Origin: Gammaproteobacteria bacterium
GTDB taxonomy: Bacteria; Pseudomonadota; Gammaproteobacteria; GCA-002705445; GCA-002716945
Direction of reading: 5' to 3'
DNA: 64,000 nucleotides
NCBI GenBank assembly: GCA_038142325.1
Contig: JAYQJW010000002.1
Span: 399,702 to 463,701, forward strand
Shown: positions 31,310 to 43,326 of the stretch, one piece after another
Layout: every line of letters begins with the position of its first letter
Position numbering within the stretch: position 1 is the first letter of the stretch
The notes under the pieces: generated by a model
Database searches by the model: none
Seen by the model: only the letters and a program-made list of their open reading frames with translations
What the model was told of the DNA's origin: nothing
Made by a program: the position numbers and the translations under genes

Positions 31310-32401
31310 ATGAAAAAAAGTATATTAATTGTTGCTAGTGGTACAGGTGGACATGTGGTTCCTGCAATTAACGTATCAGAAAAATTATTGAATCATAAGC
31401 TACAAATTATATGGATTGGTACTAAGAATGGAATTGAAAATAAGATAGTAAAAAGAAAAGATATAACTATAAAGCATATTAAGTCATCAGGCATAAGAGG
31501 TAAAAACATCATTGATACTATAAGAGGTTTATTTAATCTTATTCAATCATTTTTTCAAAGCCTAGTTATCATTCACAAGGAGAAGCCTCTTTTTATTCTT
31601 GGATTTGGTGGCTATATTAGTGTGCCAGTATCTTTTGCTGGTTTTGTGATGAGAGTACCAGTTTATGTTCATGAATCAAATTCAATAGCAGGCACCGCAA
31701 ATAAACTAAATAACAAAATATCCAGAAATACATTTCAAACCTTCCCTAAAACGTTTCCATCAAGTAACAAAATAATTCTCTCAGGAAATCCTATTAAAAG
31801 CAGTTTTGATAATATCGAAAAACCTGAGCTTAAGTATGCGATGAAAAAAAATAAGATTAATATACTCATTTTTGGTGGCAGTCAAGGATCTAAATTTTTT
31901 AATGAAGTAATTCCATTCTGCTTATCTGATGATAAAGATTTGTTTTCTGTAAAGCATATATCAGGTGCTAATAACTTGGAAATAGTTAAGAATAGCTACA
32001 AAAAAAATAATCTATCTGCGGAGGTTATTGAGTTTTCAAATCAGATGGATGAGATGTACAATTGGGCAGATATTGTGATATCTAGGTCTGGATCAATGAC
32101 TGTAACTGAGATATCACACTCTGGAAGAGCATCTATTCTTGTCCCTTTTTTGTATGCAACAGATAACCATCAATATCATAATGCCAAATATTTAGTTGAG
32201 AAGAGTGCAGCTATCCTTATTGAAGAAAATAAAAATTTTTCGAAAAACCTTAAATCCTCACTAAAGCATCTATACTCTAACCAGAAGAATCTATTAAAAA
32301 TCGCAATAAATGCCAAAAATCTTTTTCCTAATGATTCAGGTGATATAATCATAAAAAATATTCCTGAACTAGATGAAAAACTCAATAACGCAACATCTTA
32401 A
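31310..32401 (+). CDS. murG: UDP-N-acetylglucosamine--N-acetylmuramyl-(pentapeptide) pyrophosphoryl-undecaprenol GlcNAc transferase
   Basis: 363 aa with ASGTGGHVVPA and GGSQG motifs. Confidence 0.9.
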   Translation: MKKSILIVASGTGGHVVPAINVSEKLLNHKLQIIWIGTKNGIENKIVKRKDITIKHIKSSGIRGKNIIDTIRGLFNLIQSFFQSLVIIHKEKPLFILGFGGYISVPVSFAGFVMRVPVYVHESNSIAGTANKLNNKISRNTFQTFPKTFPSSNKIILSGNPIKSSFDNIEKPELKYAMKKNKINILIFGGSQGSKFFNEVIPFCLSDDKDLFSVKHISGANNLEIVKNSYKKNNLSAEVIEFSNQMDEMYNWADIVISRSGSMTVTEISHSGRASILVPFLYATDNHQYHNAKYLVEKSAAILIEENKNFSKNLKSSLKHLYSNQKNLLKIAINAKNLFPNDSGDIIIKNIPELDEKLNNATS

Positions 32402-33764
32402 AAATAAATCATTTTTTCTGATTGGTATTGGAGGCGCAGGTATGATGGGTATTGCTGAGTTACTTCATAATATGGGTTTTTCTGTCAGAGGCTCCGATAT
32501 TAAAATCAATACTGCAATTACTAGATTACGTGAGCGAAAAGTCAAAATATTTATCGGGCATGATCCAAAAAATATTAAAACTAATGACATTGTTGTACAT
32601 TCGAATGCAATTAGTAAGAACAATGTCGAGCTTAAGCACTCTATTAAGTCCGGCCTGACTGTTCTAGCTAGAATGGAGATACTTGCTGAACTAATGAGAT
32701 TAAAGTATGGAATATCCATTACTGGCTCTCATGGCAAAACAACTACAACAAGCTTGTTAAGTCATATAATGTATTCAAATAATCTTGACCCAACATATCT
32801 AATTGGAGGTAAACTTAAAACAGATGACCCTCATGTTAATCTGGGGAAAAGTCATTATCTAGTGACAGAGACCGATGAAAGTGATCCAACTTTTTCATTA
32901 CTACAACCTCATCTTGTTGTGCTAACTAATTTAGATAAAGAACATCTTGAAAACTACAACAATAATTATACAAACCTAGAGAGATCTGTTCTAAAACACA
33001 TAAACTCTATTCCTTTTTATGGAAAAGTATTCTTGAATGGTGATGATAAAAACTCAAACAAATTATTCAAACATATAAACAGAGAGATATTTAGTTATGG
33101 ATTTACTAAAAATAATGACTTGAGAGCTAAGTCAATTATGTACACAAATACATATATGATGTTTGATGTTCATTATGATAATCATGTTTACCCAGTTCAA
33201 ACCAATCTTTTTGGTAAGCACAACATTTATAATATTCTTGCTGCAGTTTCAGTAGCTATACATCTAGGTATAGATACACGTAAAGCTCTGAAATCCCTCA
33301 AGACATTTTATGGAGCTAGCAGAAGATTCGATATTTATGATAATTTAAATATTAAAAACTCTAAACCTACGATAATAGATGATTATGGACATCATCCAAC
33401 TGAAATTCAGTCAACAATTAAAACAATTAAGGAAATTTATCCTAAAAGAAAAATAGTTATGGTGTTTCAACCTCATAGATACTCTAGAACAAAACTTCAC
33501 TGGAAATTATTCTCAGAAATATTGTCATCATTAGATGTAGTGCTATTGCTACCAACGTATTCAGCAGGAGAAAAGAATAACTCATATGATTCAGAATATT
33601 TGTTTAAGAAAATCAGAAATAGAAATAAGGTTTATGTTAAATCTATAAAAAACATAATTCCTGAGTTAAATAAATTAAATCTTGAAAATTGTGTTGTTGT
33701 ACTTCAGGGAGCAGGTGATATAAGAGAAATTCTTAATTTAATAAAAGCAAATGCAGACATATAA
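32373..33764 (+). CDS. murC: UDP-N-acetylmuramate--L-alanine ligase
   Basis: 463 aa with GIGGAGMMGIAELL, GSHGKTTTTS and DDYGHHPTE motifs. Confidence 0.92.
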   Translation: MKNSITQHLKNKSFFLIGIGGAGMMGIAELLHNMGFSVRGSDIKINTAITRLRERKVKIFIGHDPKNIKTNDIVVHSNAISKNNVELKHSIKSGLTVLARMEILAELMRLKYGISITGSHGKTTTTSLLSHIMYSNNLDPTYLIGGKLKTDDPHVNLGKSHYLVTETDESDPTFSLLQPHLVVLTNLDKEHLENYNNNYTNLERSVLKHINSIPFYGKVFLNGDDKNSNKLFKHINREIFSYGFTKNNDLRAKSIMYTNTYMMFDVHYDNHVYPVQTNLFGKHNIYNILAAVSVAIHLGIDTRKALKSLKTFYGASRRFDIYDNLNIKNSKPTIIDDYGHHPTEIQSTIKTIKEIYPKRKIVMVFQPHRYSRTKLHWKLFSEILSSLDVVLLLPTYSAGEKNNSYDSEYLFKKIRNRNKVYVKSIKNIIPELNKLNLENCVVVLQGAGDIREILNLIKANADI

Positions 33765-34588
33765 AAATTATCCTTTAAAAAAGATAAGCACCATAGGTCT
33801 TGGGGGTACTTGTCGTGAATTCTGTTGTCCTGAGAATACTGAAGAGCTGACTAATATACTTCATAATAACAGTGTTCTAAGCATTGGTAATGGGTCTAAT
33901 GTATGTTTTGTGACAGATTATTATGACGGTATAATTTTGAGTTTAAAAAAAATGAGCAAGTATCTTTCTCATGATGAAGAGTATATTTCATGTTCTAGTA
34001 ATATATCTTGTACTAAACTAGCGAGATATTTATATAATCATCAAATATCAGGTTATGAATTTCTCTATGGTATTCCCGGAACCTTAGGAGGAGCAGTTTT
34101 TATGAATGCAGGTGCTTTTGAAAAAGAAATATTAAATAATATTCATAGTATTGATTTATTAGATAAAGACGGAAGATTGCAAACACTATTTAAAAAAGAT
34201 ATTCAATATACATACAGGAACTCAGGCATTGATCCCAAAGCGGTTATTATTTCTATCAAGTTACATAATCCCAAAATTAAATTCGATAGCTCTATGATTA
34301 ATAATCTTGATTATAAAAGAAAAGCTACTCAGCCTGTAAATCAATTATCATGTGGTTGTATTTTTAAAAACCCTACCAATGATTTCGCATCTGAACTGAT
34401 TGAATCTGCCAACTTGAAAGGTAAAAGGATAGGTGGAATATATGTCTCAAAGAAACATTCAAATTATTTTATCAATGACGGCACAGGCACTCATTGGGAT
34501 TTTCTAAACCTTCTTGATTATGTAAAACACAATAGTTTCCTTAACACATAATGTTGATTTAAAAGAAGAGGTGATTTTAATAAAATGA
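33751..34588 (+). pseudogene. murB: UDP-N-acetylenolpyruvoylglucosamine reductase MurB, frame break close to the 3' end
   Basis: The ORF is 33751-34551. The expected C-terminal segment VSLTHNVDLKEEVILIK is read in another frame and ends at TGA 34586-34588, overlapping the ddl ATG. The break is at about 34525-34540. Confidence 0.8.
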
Positions 34589-35491
34589 TAAACCTTGATT
34601 CTAAGATATGTATTCTTGGTGGAGGCTGGTCTAATGAGAGAGAAATATCACTTAAAAGTTCCAATGATGTATTCCAATCCCTAAAGACCAATAATCATAA
34701 TGTTATCTTCTATGACATGGTAAATGACAGTTTTGATGATTTAAAAATGTTTTTAAAAAATCAATCTATTGATATTGTATTTAACCTCATGCATGGCGAA
34801 GGCGGTGAGGATGGAAAAGTTCAAAGCTATCTTGATAAATTAAACATAAAGTATTGTGGATCTGACTCTAAATCTTCAGCAATATCATTCAATAAATATC
34901 TTACAAAAAGCATCTGGATTAAAAATAATCTGCTAACACCAGAATTTTTAATCTATGATAAACAGAGCTATGAATATTTAATTGAAAAGTTTGGGTCCAT
35001 CCTTTTTTATAAAAGATACTTGTTCAGGTTCGAGTAATAATATTTTTCTAATTCAAAATATTGAAGATTTTAATAAATTTTCAAATAATAGTAGTAATAG
35101 ACAGTTCATGATAGAGAAAAAAATCCATGCTCAAGAATACACAGCTGCAATTATAAATAAAAAAGTTTTACCTATAATTGAAATAGAGCCATCTAATAAC
35201 TTTTATGACTTTGATGCAAAATATAAATCAGATAAAACTAGATTTTCATTTCCTAATCTTAATAAAAATGTAATTAGAGATATACATGACTCTGTTTTGA
35301 AAGCATTTAATTGTTTAGGTTGCCATACTTGGGCCCGAGTAGACTTTTTCGTTGACAATAACAAACCTGTTCTACTTGAAATTAATACTATTCCTGGAAT
35401 GACTGATCACAGTCTTGTACCTAAGGCTGCCAAAGAGAGCGGCTTAAGCTATTATCAGTTAATTATAGAAATATTAGGTATCAATGCCTAA
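34585..35491 (+). pseudogene. ddl: D-alanine--D-alanine ligase, one frame break
   Basis: Fragments are 34585-35037 (GGWSNEREISLKS) and 34982-35491 (FFIKDTCSGSSNNI, EINTIPGMT). The break is at about 34990-35003. Confidence 0.85.
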
Positions 35492-36134
35492 GCTTTTATT
35501 TACTTTATTAATATTAATATCAATACCTATCTTATTTTTTTATGGTAAAAATAATTTCATATATCCAATTGATGAAATCGATGTAATAGCGCAAGAATCG
35601 AATTATGATTATGAAAAGATTAATGCTGTTATTTCAACTCTTCAAGGTGAAAATTTATTATCTGTAGATATTAATGAATTAAGAAAGTCCATTATATCTG
35701 ATGCTTGGATTAAAGATGTTGAAATCAAAAAATCATTTCCATCGAAACTATTAATCACTATTACACAGCATAAACCTCTAGCAGTATACAACTCTAAAAT
35801 TTTGACACTTGATGGGACTGTTATTGAAGATAATTTATCTAATATAGAACTTCCAATTATCACAGACAGCACTAACGATAGTTATCTATCTAGAGCTATT
35901 TTTGACTCATGTAAATCATATTTAGATAAAATTAAACTTAGCTTAACAAAAATTGAAATACATAACTCTTTGATAAAAATCTATACAGATTCATTACTTA
36001 TAATATCAGATAGAGAAAATCTGAATCGAAACTTAGACAGATTGATAATTTCATTCGATAAACTTAAGCTTGTTTTTAAGCAAGAAATTAAGTCAATTGA
36101 TATGAGATATTCTAATGGTTTTGCTATCAAATAA
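35484..36134 (+). CDS. ftsQ: Cell division protein FtsQ
   Basis: 216 aa with an N-terminal TM helix followed by a POTRA-like region (I.V.G.....I...), in the canonical position between ddl and ftsA. Confidence 0.75.
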   Translation: MPKLLFTLLILISIPILFFYGKNNFIYPIDEIDVIAQESNYDYEKINAVISTLQGENLLSVDINELRKSIISDAWIKDVEIKKSFPSKLLITITQHKPLAVYNSKILTLDGTVIEDNLSNIELPIITDSTNDSYLSRAIFDSCKSYLDKIKLSLTKIEIHNSLIKIYTDSLLIISDRENLNRNLDRLIISFDKLKLVFKQEIKSIDMRYSNGFAIK

Positions 36135-36162
36135 TTACTGAAATGAGATATAATATCGTTAC

Positions 36163-37408
36163 ATGGCAAACGTTAAAAGCACTGATACTCTTGTTTCATT
36201 GGACATTGGAACCTCCAAAGTTTTATGTTTAGTAGCAGATATAGATGACAAAGGTGAGTTAAGAATCGTAGGTATAGGTAGTGAACCATGCTCTGGCTTA
36301 AATAAAGGCATAATTTCAGATATTGACACTACTGTATCAAGTATTCGAAGAGCTAAAGATAAAGCTAGCTTGATGTCTAATTGTAATATTCAGTCTGTTA
36401 CCACTGGAATTGCCGGTAACCATATTCAAAGTTATAATGGAAATGGAGCTGTTAACATACTTAATGATGAAGTGACTGAAGATGATAAACAAAAAGTTCT
36501 AACTAACGCTCAAAATATTCAAATACCAAAAGATCAAGAAATTCTCCATGCTATTGAGCAGCACTTCACAATTGATGGACAATCAGGTATCAGAGAGCCA
36601 TTAGGGATGGCTGGATCAAGGCTTGAGGCGAATGTCCACATAATAACAACATCATCTACTGCTAAAAAAAATTTGACAAAATGTATTAACAATAGTCTTT
36701 TAGAAATTAATGATTATGTTCTTCAGCCTGTTGCATCATCTGAAGCGGTATTGTCAGATGAAGAGCGTGACTTAGGTGTTTGCCTTGTTGATATTGGATG
36801 TGGCACAACAGATATTGCAATTTTTACTGATGGAACCATAAAACATTCTGCTGTAATTCCTATTGCTAGCCAGATGATAACAAAAGATATTAGAATTATT
36901 CTTAGTACATCACTAGAAGCTGCTGAAGAGATGAAAATTCAATTTGGTTCTGTTGCTCCTGATGTTGATACAGACATAAAAATACCTGTACCATCAGTGT
37001 CAGATAAGCCTGATACTGAAACTACAAAAACAATACTATCTCAAATAATAACTGCTAGGGTTAATGAAATCCTGGATGCGATCCAAAAGGAGATTAACAA
37101 TAGTGGCTATTCAAATAGTATAAGAGCAGGATTAGTTTTCACAGGTGGAGGATCTAAACTTGAGGGGTTAGACAGTTTTCGCTGAATCATTTTTCCAAAA
37201 ACCGTCTAGAATTGGATCACCTAGACACATTAAAGGGCTCGAAGACTTAAGAGGTAAAACAAGATATGCGACTGCTGTAGGACTCTTATTGCACAGATAC
37301 AAAGAGCTTACATCAAACAAGACCTCAATCAAAAATACATCTAAATTAGGCTCTATGCTAGATAAGTATGCAAAGAAAATCTCAGACTATTTCCAAAAGG
37401 AACTTTAA
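36163..37408 (+). pseudogene. ftsA: Cell division protein FtsA, one frame break
   Basis: The ORF 36163-37185 carries LDIGTSKV, VDIGCGTTDIA and FTGGGSKLEGL. The remaining AESFFQKPSRIGSPRHIKGLEDLRGKTRYATAVGLLL... is read in another frame to TAA at 37406-37408. The break is at about 37172-37182. Confidence 0.88.
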
Positions 37409-37437
37409 CTCTTTTTTGATGTCTAATATTAATATAT

Positions 37438-37466
37438 TTGTAACAATTACAACACTTTGGTAGAAT
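37438..37466 (+). promoter_or_regulatory. Putative sigma70 promoter immediately upstream of lpxC (TTGTAA-17 nt-TAGAAT)
   Basis: -35 at 37438-37443 and -10 at 37461-37466, with only 7 nt between the -10 and the lpxC ATG (37474). Confidence 0.3.
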
Positions 37467-37473
37467 TTGTCAT

Positions 37474-38382
37474 ATGTTAAAACAAAGAACACTATCTAGC
37501 TCCATTACCGCAACAGGTGTAGGTCTTCACACAGGTAAAAAAATAAACTTAAAAATATGCCCAGGGAAATCAGACGATGGTATTGTTTTTATCAGAAAGG
37601 ATTTATCAAATTTACCAATATCTGCATCTTTGAAAAACGTCCATGATACAAGATTATCCACAACCATTTCAAATGGTCAAGAATCTGTCTCTACTGTTGA
37701 GCATCTATTATCTGCATTTGCTGGTTTAGGTATTGATAACGCACGTGTTGAACTAGATGGACCTGAAGTTCCTATCATGGATGGAAGCTCAAGACCGTTC
37801 GTATTCTTATGTCAATCTGCTGGCATTTGTGAGCAAAACCATCCAAAGAAGTTTATTAAAATTGTAAAAGACATTGAGGTTAAACAGGGTGATAAATGGG
37901 CTAAGATTGAACCATTTGACGGGTTTAAAGTAGAATTTACAATTGACTTTGATCACCCTTTATTCCCAAAAGACACACAAACATCAACTATAGATTTCTC
38001 ATCAGTTTCGTATTTAAGTCAAGTTAGTAGGGCAAGAACCTTTGGTTTTGCAAGAGATATAGAGAAACTAAGACAAAACAATCTAGCATTAGGTGGAAGT
38101 GTTAACAATGCGATTGTTATAGATGATTATAAAATTGTCAATGAAGATGGCTTAAGATACAAGGACGAATTTGTTAAGCACAAAATACTTGATGCCATTG
38201 GTGATTTATATCTTCTTGGTCATAGTATTATAGGTTCTTTTTCAGCTTTTAAATCAGGTCATCATTTAAATAATCTTTTGCTTAGAGAACTTGTGAACAA
38301 TCAAAATGCATGGGAAGAAGTAATAATAGAGGATGAGGTAAAATCACCGATATTATTTGCTCATACGACGGAGTCTATCTGA
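37474..38382 (+). CDS. lpxC: UDP-3-O-acyl-N-acetylglucosamine deacetylase
   Basis: 302 aa starting MLKQRTL, with [23 protein letters not shown] and [12 protein letters not shown] motifs. Confidence 0.95.
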   Translation: MLKQRTLSSSITATGVGLHTGKKINLKICPGKSDDGIVFIRKDLSNLPISASLKNVHDTRLSTTISNGQESVSTVEHLLSAFAGLGIDNARVELDGPEVPIMDGSSRPFVFLCQSAGICEQNHPKKFIKIVKDIEVKQGDKWAKIEPFDGFKVEFTIDFDHPLFPKDTQTSTIDFSSVSYLSQVSRARTFGFARDIEKLRQNNLALGGSVNNAIVIDDYKIVNEDGLRYKDEFVKHKILDAIGDLYLLGHSIIGSFSAFKSGHHLNNLLLRELVNNQNAWEEVIIEDEVKSPILFAHTTESI

Positions 38383-38671
38383 CTTTCACTTTAAGTTCTC
38401 TAATATTACATAAATCATTCTTGTTAAATATATCTAAGTATTTATCCTTTTCAAATCGCATGATACTGGCAACTGAACTATCATCACATTCTATTGTTAT
38501 ACATGTGTCGCTATAGTTGATAACACGTATTTTATTCTGTAAGTTGGTTTCGATTGAATCGTTAAGAATTAGATTTAAACTATCTATATTCTCTTTTTTA
38601 TCAATTACTTTCTTTGGTATGAAATCCGATATCTTTTTCATAAAGTTCTCATTTATTGTATGATAAACCAT
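38375..38671 (-). CDS. DUF721 (DciA-like) protein
   Basis: 98 aa in the position between lpxC and secA where gamma/betaproteobacteria often carry a small DUF721 gene. The pattern [26 protein letters not shown]....I.ELKVKV fits the family. Confidence 0.5.
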   Translation of the reverse strand: MVYHTINENFMKKISDFIPKKVIDKKENIDSLNLILNDSIETNLQNKIRVINYSDTCITIECDDSSVASIMRFEKDKYLDIFNKNDLCNIRELKVKVR

Positions 38672-38690
38672 ATTTATTTATCTATAAAAT

Positions 38691-41274
38691 ATGATTGGTA
38701 ACATAATAAAACAAGTTTTTGGTAGCCGTAACTCAAGAGTTCTCAAGGATTACGCATCTACAGTCAAACAAATCAATGCTTTAGAAGAAGTATATCTAAA
38801 GAAGTCTGATGAGGAATTAAAATTAGTTACATCTCAGCTGAAGCAGAAGTATATTACCACATCCAAAAACTTGGATGACATTCTTGTTGATGCGTTTGCA
38901 GCAGTAAGAGAAGCATCAAAGAGAACTCTTGGAATGAGACATTTTGACGAACAGCTACTTGGAGGAATTGCATTACATGAAGGAAAGATAAGTGAGATGA
39001 AGACGGGTGAGGAAAAACTCTTGTTAGCACTCTACCCGCATATCTAAATTCACTTAGCGGTGATCCTGTATACATTGTTACTGTAAATGATTATTTGGCT
39101 GAAAGAGATTCTAAGTGGATGGGAATAATTTATGAATTCTTAGGATTATCTGTTGGCTACATTAATAGTATGGTACCCCCAAATCATAGAGAAGAAGTTT
39201 ATAAATCAAATATAATTTATGGCACTAATAATGAGTTTGGTTTCGATTACTTAAGAGATAATATGGTTTTGGATAAAAAACATAAATGTCAGACTAAACT
39301 AAGTTATGCAATAATTGATGAAGTAGATTCTGTTCTTATTGATGAAGCTAGAACACCACTAATTATCTCTGGCTCAAATAATAAGACTAATAAAATTTAT
39401 TCTCTTATCAATAAAATAATAGAAAACTTTTTATCAATTGATGGAGATAATTACATACTTGAAGAAAAACAAAAATCTGTATCTTTAACGGAAGAGGGTC
39501 AATCACAAGTTGAGAAACTTTTACTTAAGAATAACTTAATTGAATCTTCATCAGATATTTATAATATAGAAAATATTCAATTATTTAGTCACATTGACTC
39601 TAGTCTTAGAGCTCATCTTATTTATAAAAAAGATAAAGATTATGTAGTAGAGAATAATGAGATAATCATTATAGATGAATTTACTGGAAGAAAGATGCCG
39701 GGGAGACGGTGGTCAGAAGGTTTGCATCAATCGATTGAGGCAAAAGAGAATGTTACAATCAAACAAGAAAATCAGACATATGCATCTATTACATTTCAAA
39801 ATTACTTTAGAATGTTTGACAAAATATGTGGAATGACAGGAACTGCTGATACTGAGGCAGAAGAGTTCCATCAAATTTATAATTTAGAGGTAATCCAAAT
39901 TCCTCCTCACAAAAAAATGATAAGAGATGATAAGGTGGACTTGGTCTTTCTGACTCAAAAAGAAAAATATGAAAGAATACTACATGAGATTATAGAAATT
40001 AATAAAACTCAACAACCTATATTAGTTGGCACTACATCTGTTGAATCATCAGAGTCAATATCAAAAATATTGAAGAGTAGAAAAATCAATCATTCTGTAT
40101 TAAATGCTAAATATCACCAAAAAGAGGCTGAAATTATTGAAAATGCAGGTGCACTTAATTCTATTACTATAGCTACAAATATGGCTGGAAGAGGAACTGA
40201 TATCGTCTTGGGTGGTAAGAAAAATGATAAGAATATAGATGAATGGGAAAAAAATAACCAAAAGGTAAAATCTCTCGGAGGTCTATATGTTATTGGCACA
40301 GAAAGACATGAGTCTAGAAGAATAGATAATCAACTTCGAGGAAGATCTGGTAGACAGGGAGATCCAGGAATATCTAGATTTTTTCTATCATTAGAAGACA
40401 ACCTGATGAGAATATTCGCGTCTGATAAAGTATCAGAAATCATGAAGAAATTAGGAATGGAACAAGGTGAGGCGATAGAGCATAAATGGGTGTCAAAATC
40501 TATTGAAAATGCTCAGAAAAGAGTTGAAGCCCATAACTTTGATATTCGTAAAACATTGCTTGAATATGATGATATTTCTAATGAACAGAGGAAATTAATA
40601 TATCAACAAAGAGATTTCATACTCGATAACAATAGTACAACATTGATATCTAATCTCTCTTCAAACTATTCTCAAGATTTTATAGATTTTAATTTAGATT
40701 TTTAACATCACATGATACAAAACTCTCAGATTTTAATGAAACTCTTAAATCTGATTTTTTAATTGATATTAATTTAGATGATATGATTGCTAATAATCAG
40801 CTAGATAAAGATTCACTATATACTGATTTAAAAAACCTTCTTGAAAATAGAGTAATTAGTTTGATTGATAATTTAAAACATCAGGAACAAGATGATTTGA
40901 TAAGAAATATTTCTCTAGCTGTTTTAGATGAGGAATACAGGAATCATTTAAGCTCAATGGATTATCTAAGACAGTCAATAGGTTTAAGAGGCTATGCTCA
41001 AAAAAATCCAAAAAATGAATATAAAAAAGAATCATTTGAAATGTTTAATTTAATGCTAACAGATATTACCAAAGAAATATTAAAGATTTGTTGTAGGATA
41101 AAAATTGATACCTATATCAATAAGCATGAAGTCAATGAAAATAAAAATATGCTAGAAAAAAAATCAAATGATCCAGCATGTCTTTTAAATCACAATCAAG
41201 GTGAGATTCCTAGAAATAAAAGATGTCCTGTAACAAATTTGAAATTTAAACAATGTTGTGGGAAATTATCATGA
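38691..41274 (+). pseudogene. secA: Preprotein translocase ATPase SecA, two frame breaks
   Basis: Fragments are 38691-39047, 39095-40705 and 40783-41274. Break 1 is inside the Walker A region (MKTGEGKT is read as MKTGEEKL) at 39011-39017. Break 2 is at the T5 run 40699-40703. Everything else is colinear with SecA ([47 protein letters not shown]). Confidence 0.92.
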
Positions 41275-42431
41275 CTTCAAAATTTGTAACATTAAAATTA
41301 GGTATAAAAAACAATAGCATTGATGGTTTATTAATTAAACTTCCTTCTACTTCCTCTACCGCCATGATATCAACAAAAAATAAATTTGCTGCAGCACCTG
41401 TAATACTTTCAAGAAAAAATATAAAAACTGGTCGCACGTTATTTGTATTCATAAACTCTGGTAATGCAAATGCCTGTACTGGAAAAATAGGCCTGGAAAA
41501 CTGTAATAAAATTCTTCTTCTTTTATCTGAAAAACTTGCATGTAATAAAGAGGATATCCTAATTATGTCGACAGGAATCATTGGGAGACAGCTTCCTATG
41601 AAGAATATAATTAAATCTATACAGAATAGTGATTTCAATAAATATGCAAGTATTAAAAATGCTGCAACTGCAATCATGACTACAGATAAATTTCCAAAAT
41701 ATTTAACTAAAGCTTATAACATTAATAATAAGCGCATTATTTTTAAAGGAATATGTAAAGGCGCAGGAATGATTGAGCCAAACATGGCTACAATGCTCTC
41801 ATTCATTGAGACAAACGCACATTTATCTAAATCGCTTCTTAAGAAGTATCTTAAACAATGCGCAGATTTATCTTTTAATTCTATTTCTGTTGATGGAGAT
41901 ATGTCAACAAATGACACAGTTGTTTTCTCATCGTGTGGGGATATTAAATTAAATTTTAAAAATAAATCAATTGAAAAAGAATTTATCTCATGTGCATCTG
42001 ATTTTTTTGTAAACCTTTCTAATATGATAGTAAAAGATGGAGAAGGTGCAACAAAAATTATAAAACTAAATATTATAAATGCTAAAAATCAACTTCTTGC
42101 ACTCAAGTATAGGCAGAAAAATTTCCAACTCTCTTCTTGTTAAGACTGCTATGTATGGTGCAGATCCAAATTGGGGAGAATTATTGCAAGTCTAGGATCT
42201 ATAGATTCTCAATTTATTAATCCAAACAAAAATAAATTATTGATTAATAATATTTTATGCTTCAGGGATGGTGTACCTGTAGATGCTGGTTCTAAAAAGC
42301 TCGCTAAATCAATGAACAATAAAAATATTGAAATTACATTAGATTTACATAATGGTAATAGCCAACAAAGTATATATTTTTCTGATTTATCTCATGAATA
42401 TGTCAGTATAAATTCTGAATATACTACATAA
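41253..42431 (+). pseudogene. argJ: Bifunctional glutamate N-acetyltransferase/amino-acid acetyltransferase ArgJ, two frame breaks
   Basis: The fragment 41253-42143 contains the autoprocessing site PNMATMLSF. The stretch ISNSLLVKTAMYGADPNW is in a second frame and GRIIASLGS... (42171-42431) is in the third. The breaks are at the A5 run 42117-42121 and the G4 run 42173-42176. Confidence 0.85.
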
Positions 42432-43326
42432 TGAATCCCGAAATAATTGAAATTTCAATTGGTTTAATTCAAATTAATTCGTCATATGTTTGTATAAAAC
42501 GTAACGAGGAACCATACAAAGATCATATAGAATTTCCTGGAGGAAAAAAGAAATCAAATGAAACGTCCAGTCATATGTCTTATTCGAGAGCTTAAAGAAG
42601 AATTAGATATTGATATAAAAAAATTTAAATTGATTACATCAATCAAACATAATTATATAAAAAAATTAATTATAATAAATGTTTATAAAATTCATAAATA
42701 TTCAGGAACTATTAAATCCAATGAGGAAAGGGACATAATATATTTTAATCATTATGATTCACATAAAGTTCTGCCAACACATTTTGATGTATTGAACCTA
42801 CATAAAATACCAAAACTTCTGAAAATTATATCTAAAGAAGCATTAAATAAAATCTCTGATGAAAGTCTAAATTTATTTTCTCACATAAGACTAAGGGATA
42901 TATCATATAGTTTTTATAAAAAATATATAGAGGAGAAACTATTAGAATTTAACTTTAATGGTAATTTAATCATTGATTATCCTCATAACATTGACTGGGA
43001 AGATAAATATTATGGAATTCATTACAAAAGTTGTTTCATAAGAAATGTTAATCAGCAGAAAAAAGACTCAGTGTTATATTCAGCGTCATGTCACAACCTC
43101 AAAGACATTGAACTTTGTAACGAACGACCATTCAATTTTATATTACTATCACCGGTACTTGAGTCACATCATGATTATTCGCCTTTAGGTTGGCAGGATT
43201 TTCTGATTTATCAAAATTATCTTACAAACCAACTCTAGCTCTCGGCGGAACAAGCTCTCGAAATGATGATCTAATTACGTGTATCAATAATATGGTTTTG
43301 GCTTATCAGGTATAAGATATTTCTAA
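42431..43326 (+). pseudogene. mutT: Nudix (MutT-like) hydrolase fused to a ThiE/TenI-like domain, about three frame breaks
   Basis: From ATG at 42431 the Nudix box GGKKKSNET / PVICLIRELKEELDI is split across frames at about 42560-42575. The C-terminal PTLALGGTSS...GFGLSGIRYF is recovered only by two further shifts (about 43195-43210 and 43290-43300). The track ORF is 42558-43238. Confidence 0.6.

Noticed and set aside
41246-41677. A 143-aa minus-strand ORF antisense to argJ. Similar antisense or alternate-frame ORFs occur at 17427-17757, 30455-30757, 53214-53540, 53991-54374 and 54986-55294.
   Set aside because: Each overlaps a confidently identified gene in another frame or strand, and none has recognisable motifs. 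Such ORFs are typical chance products.
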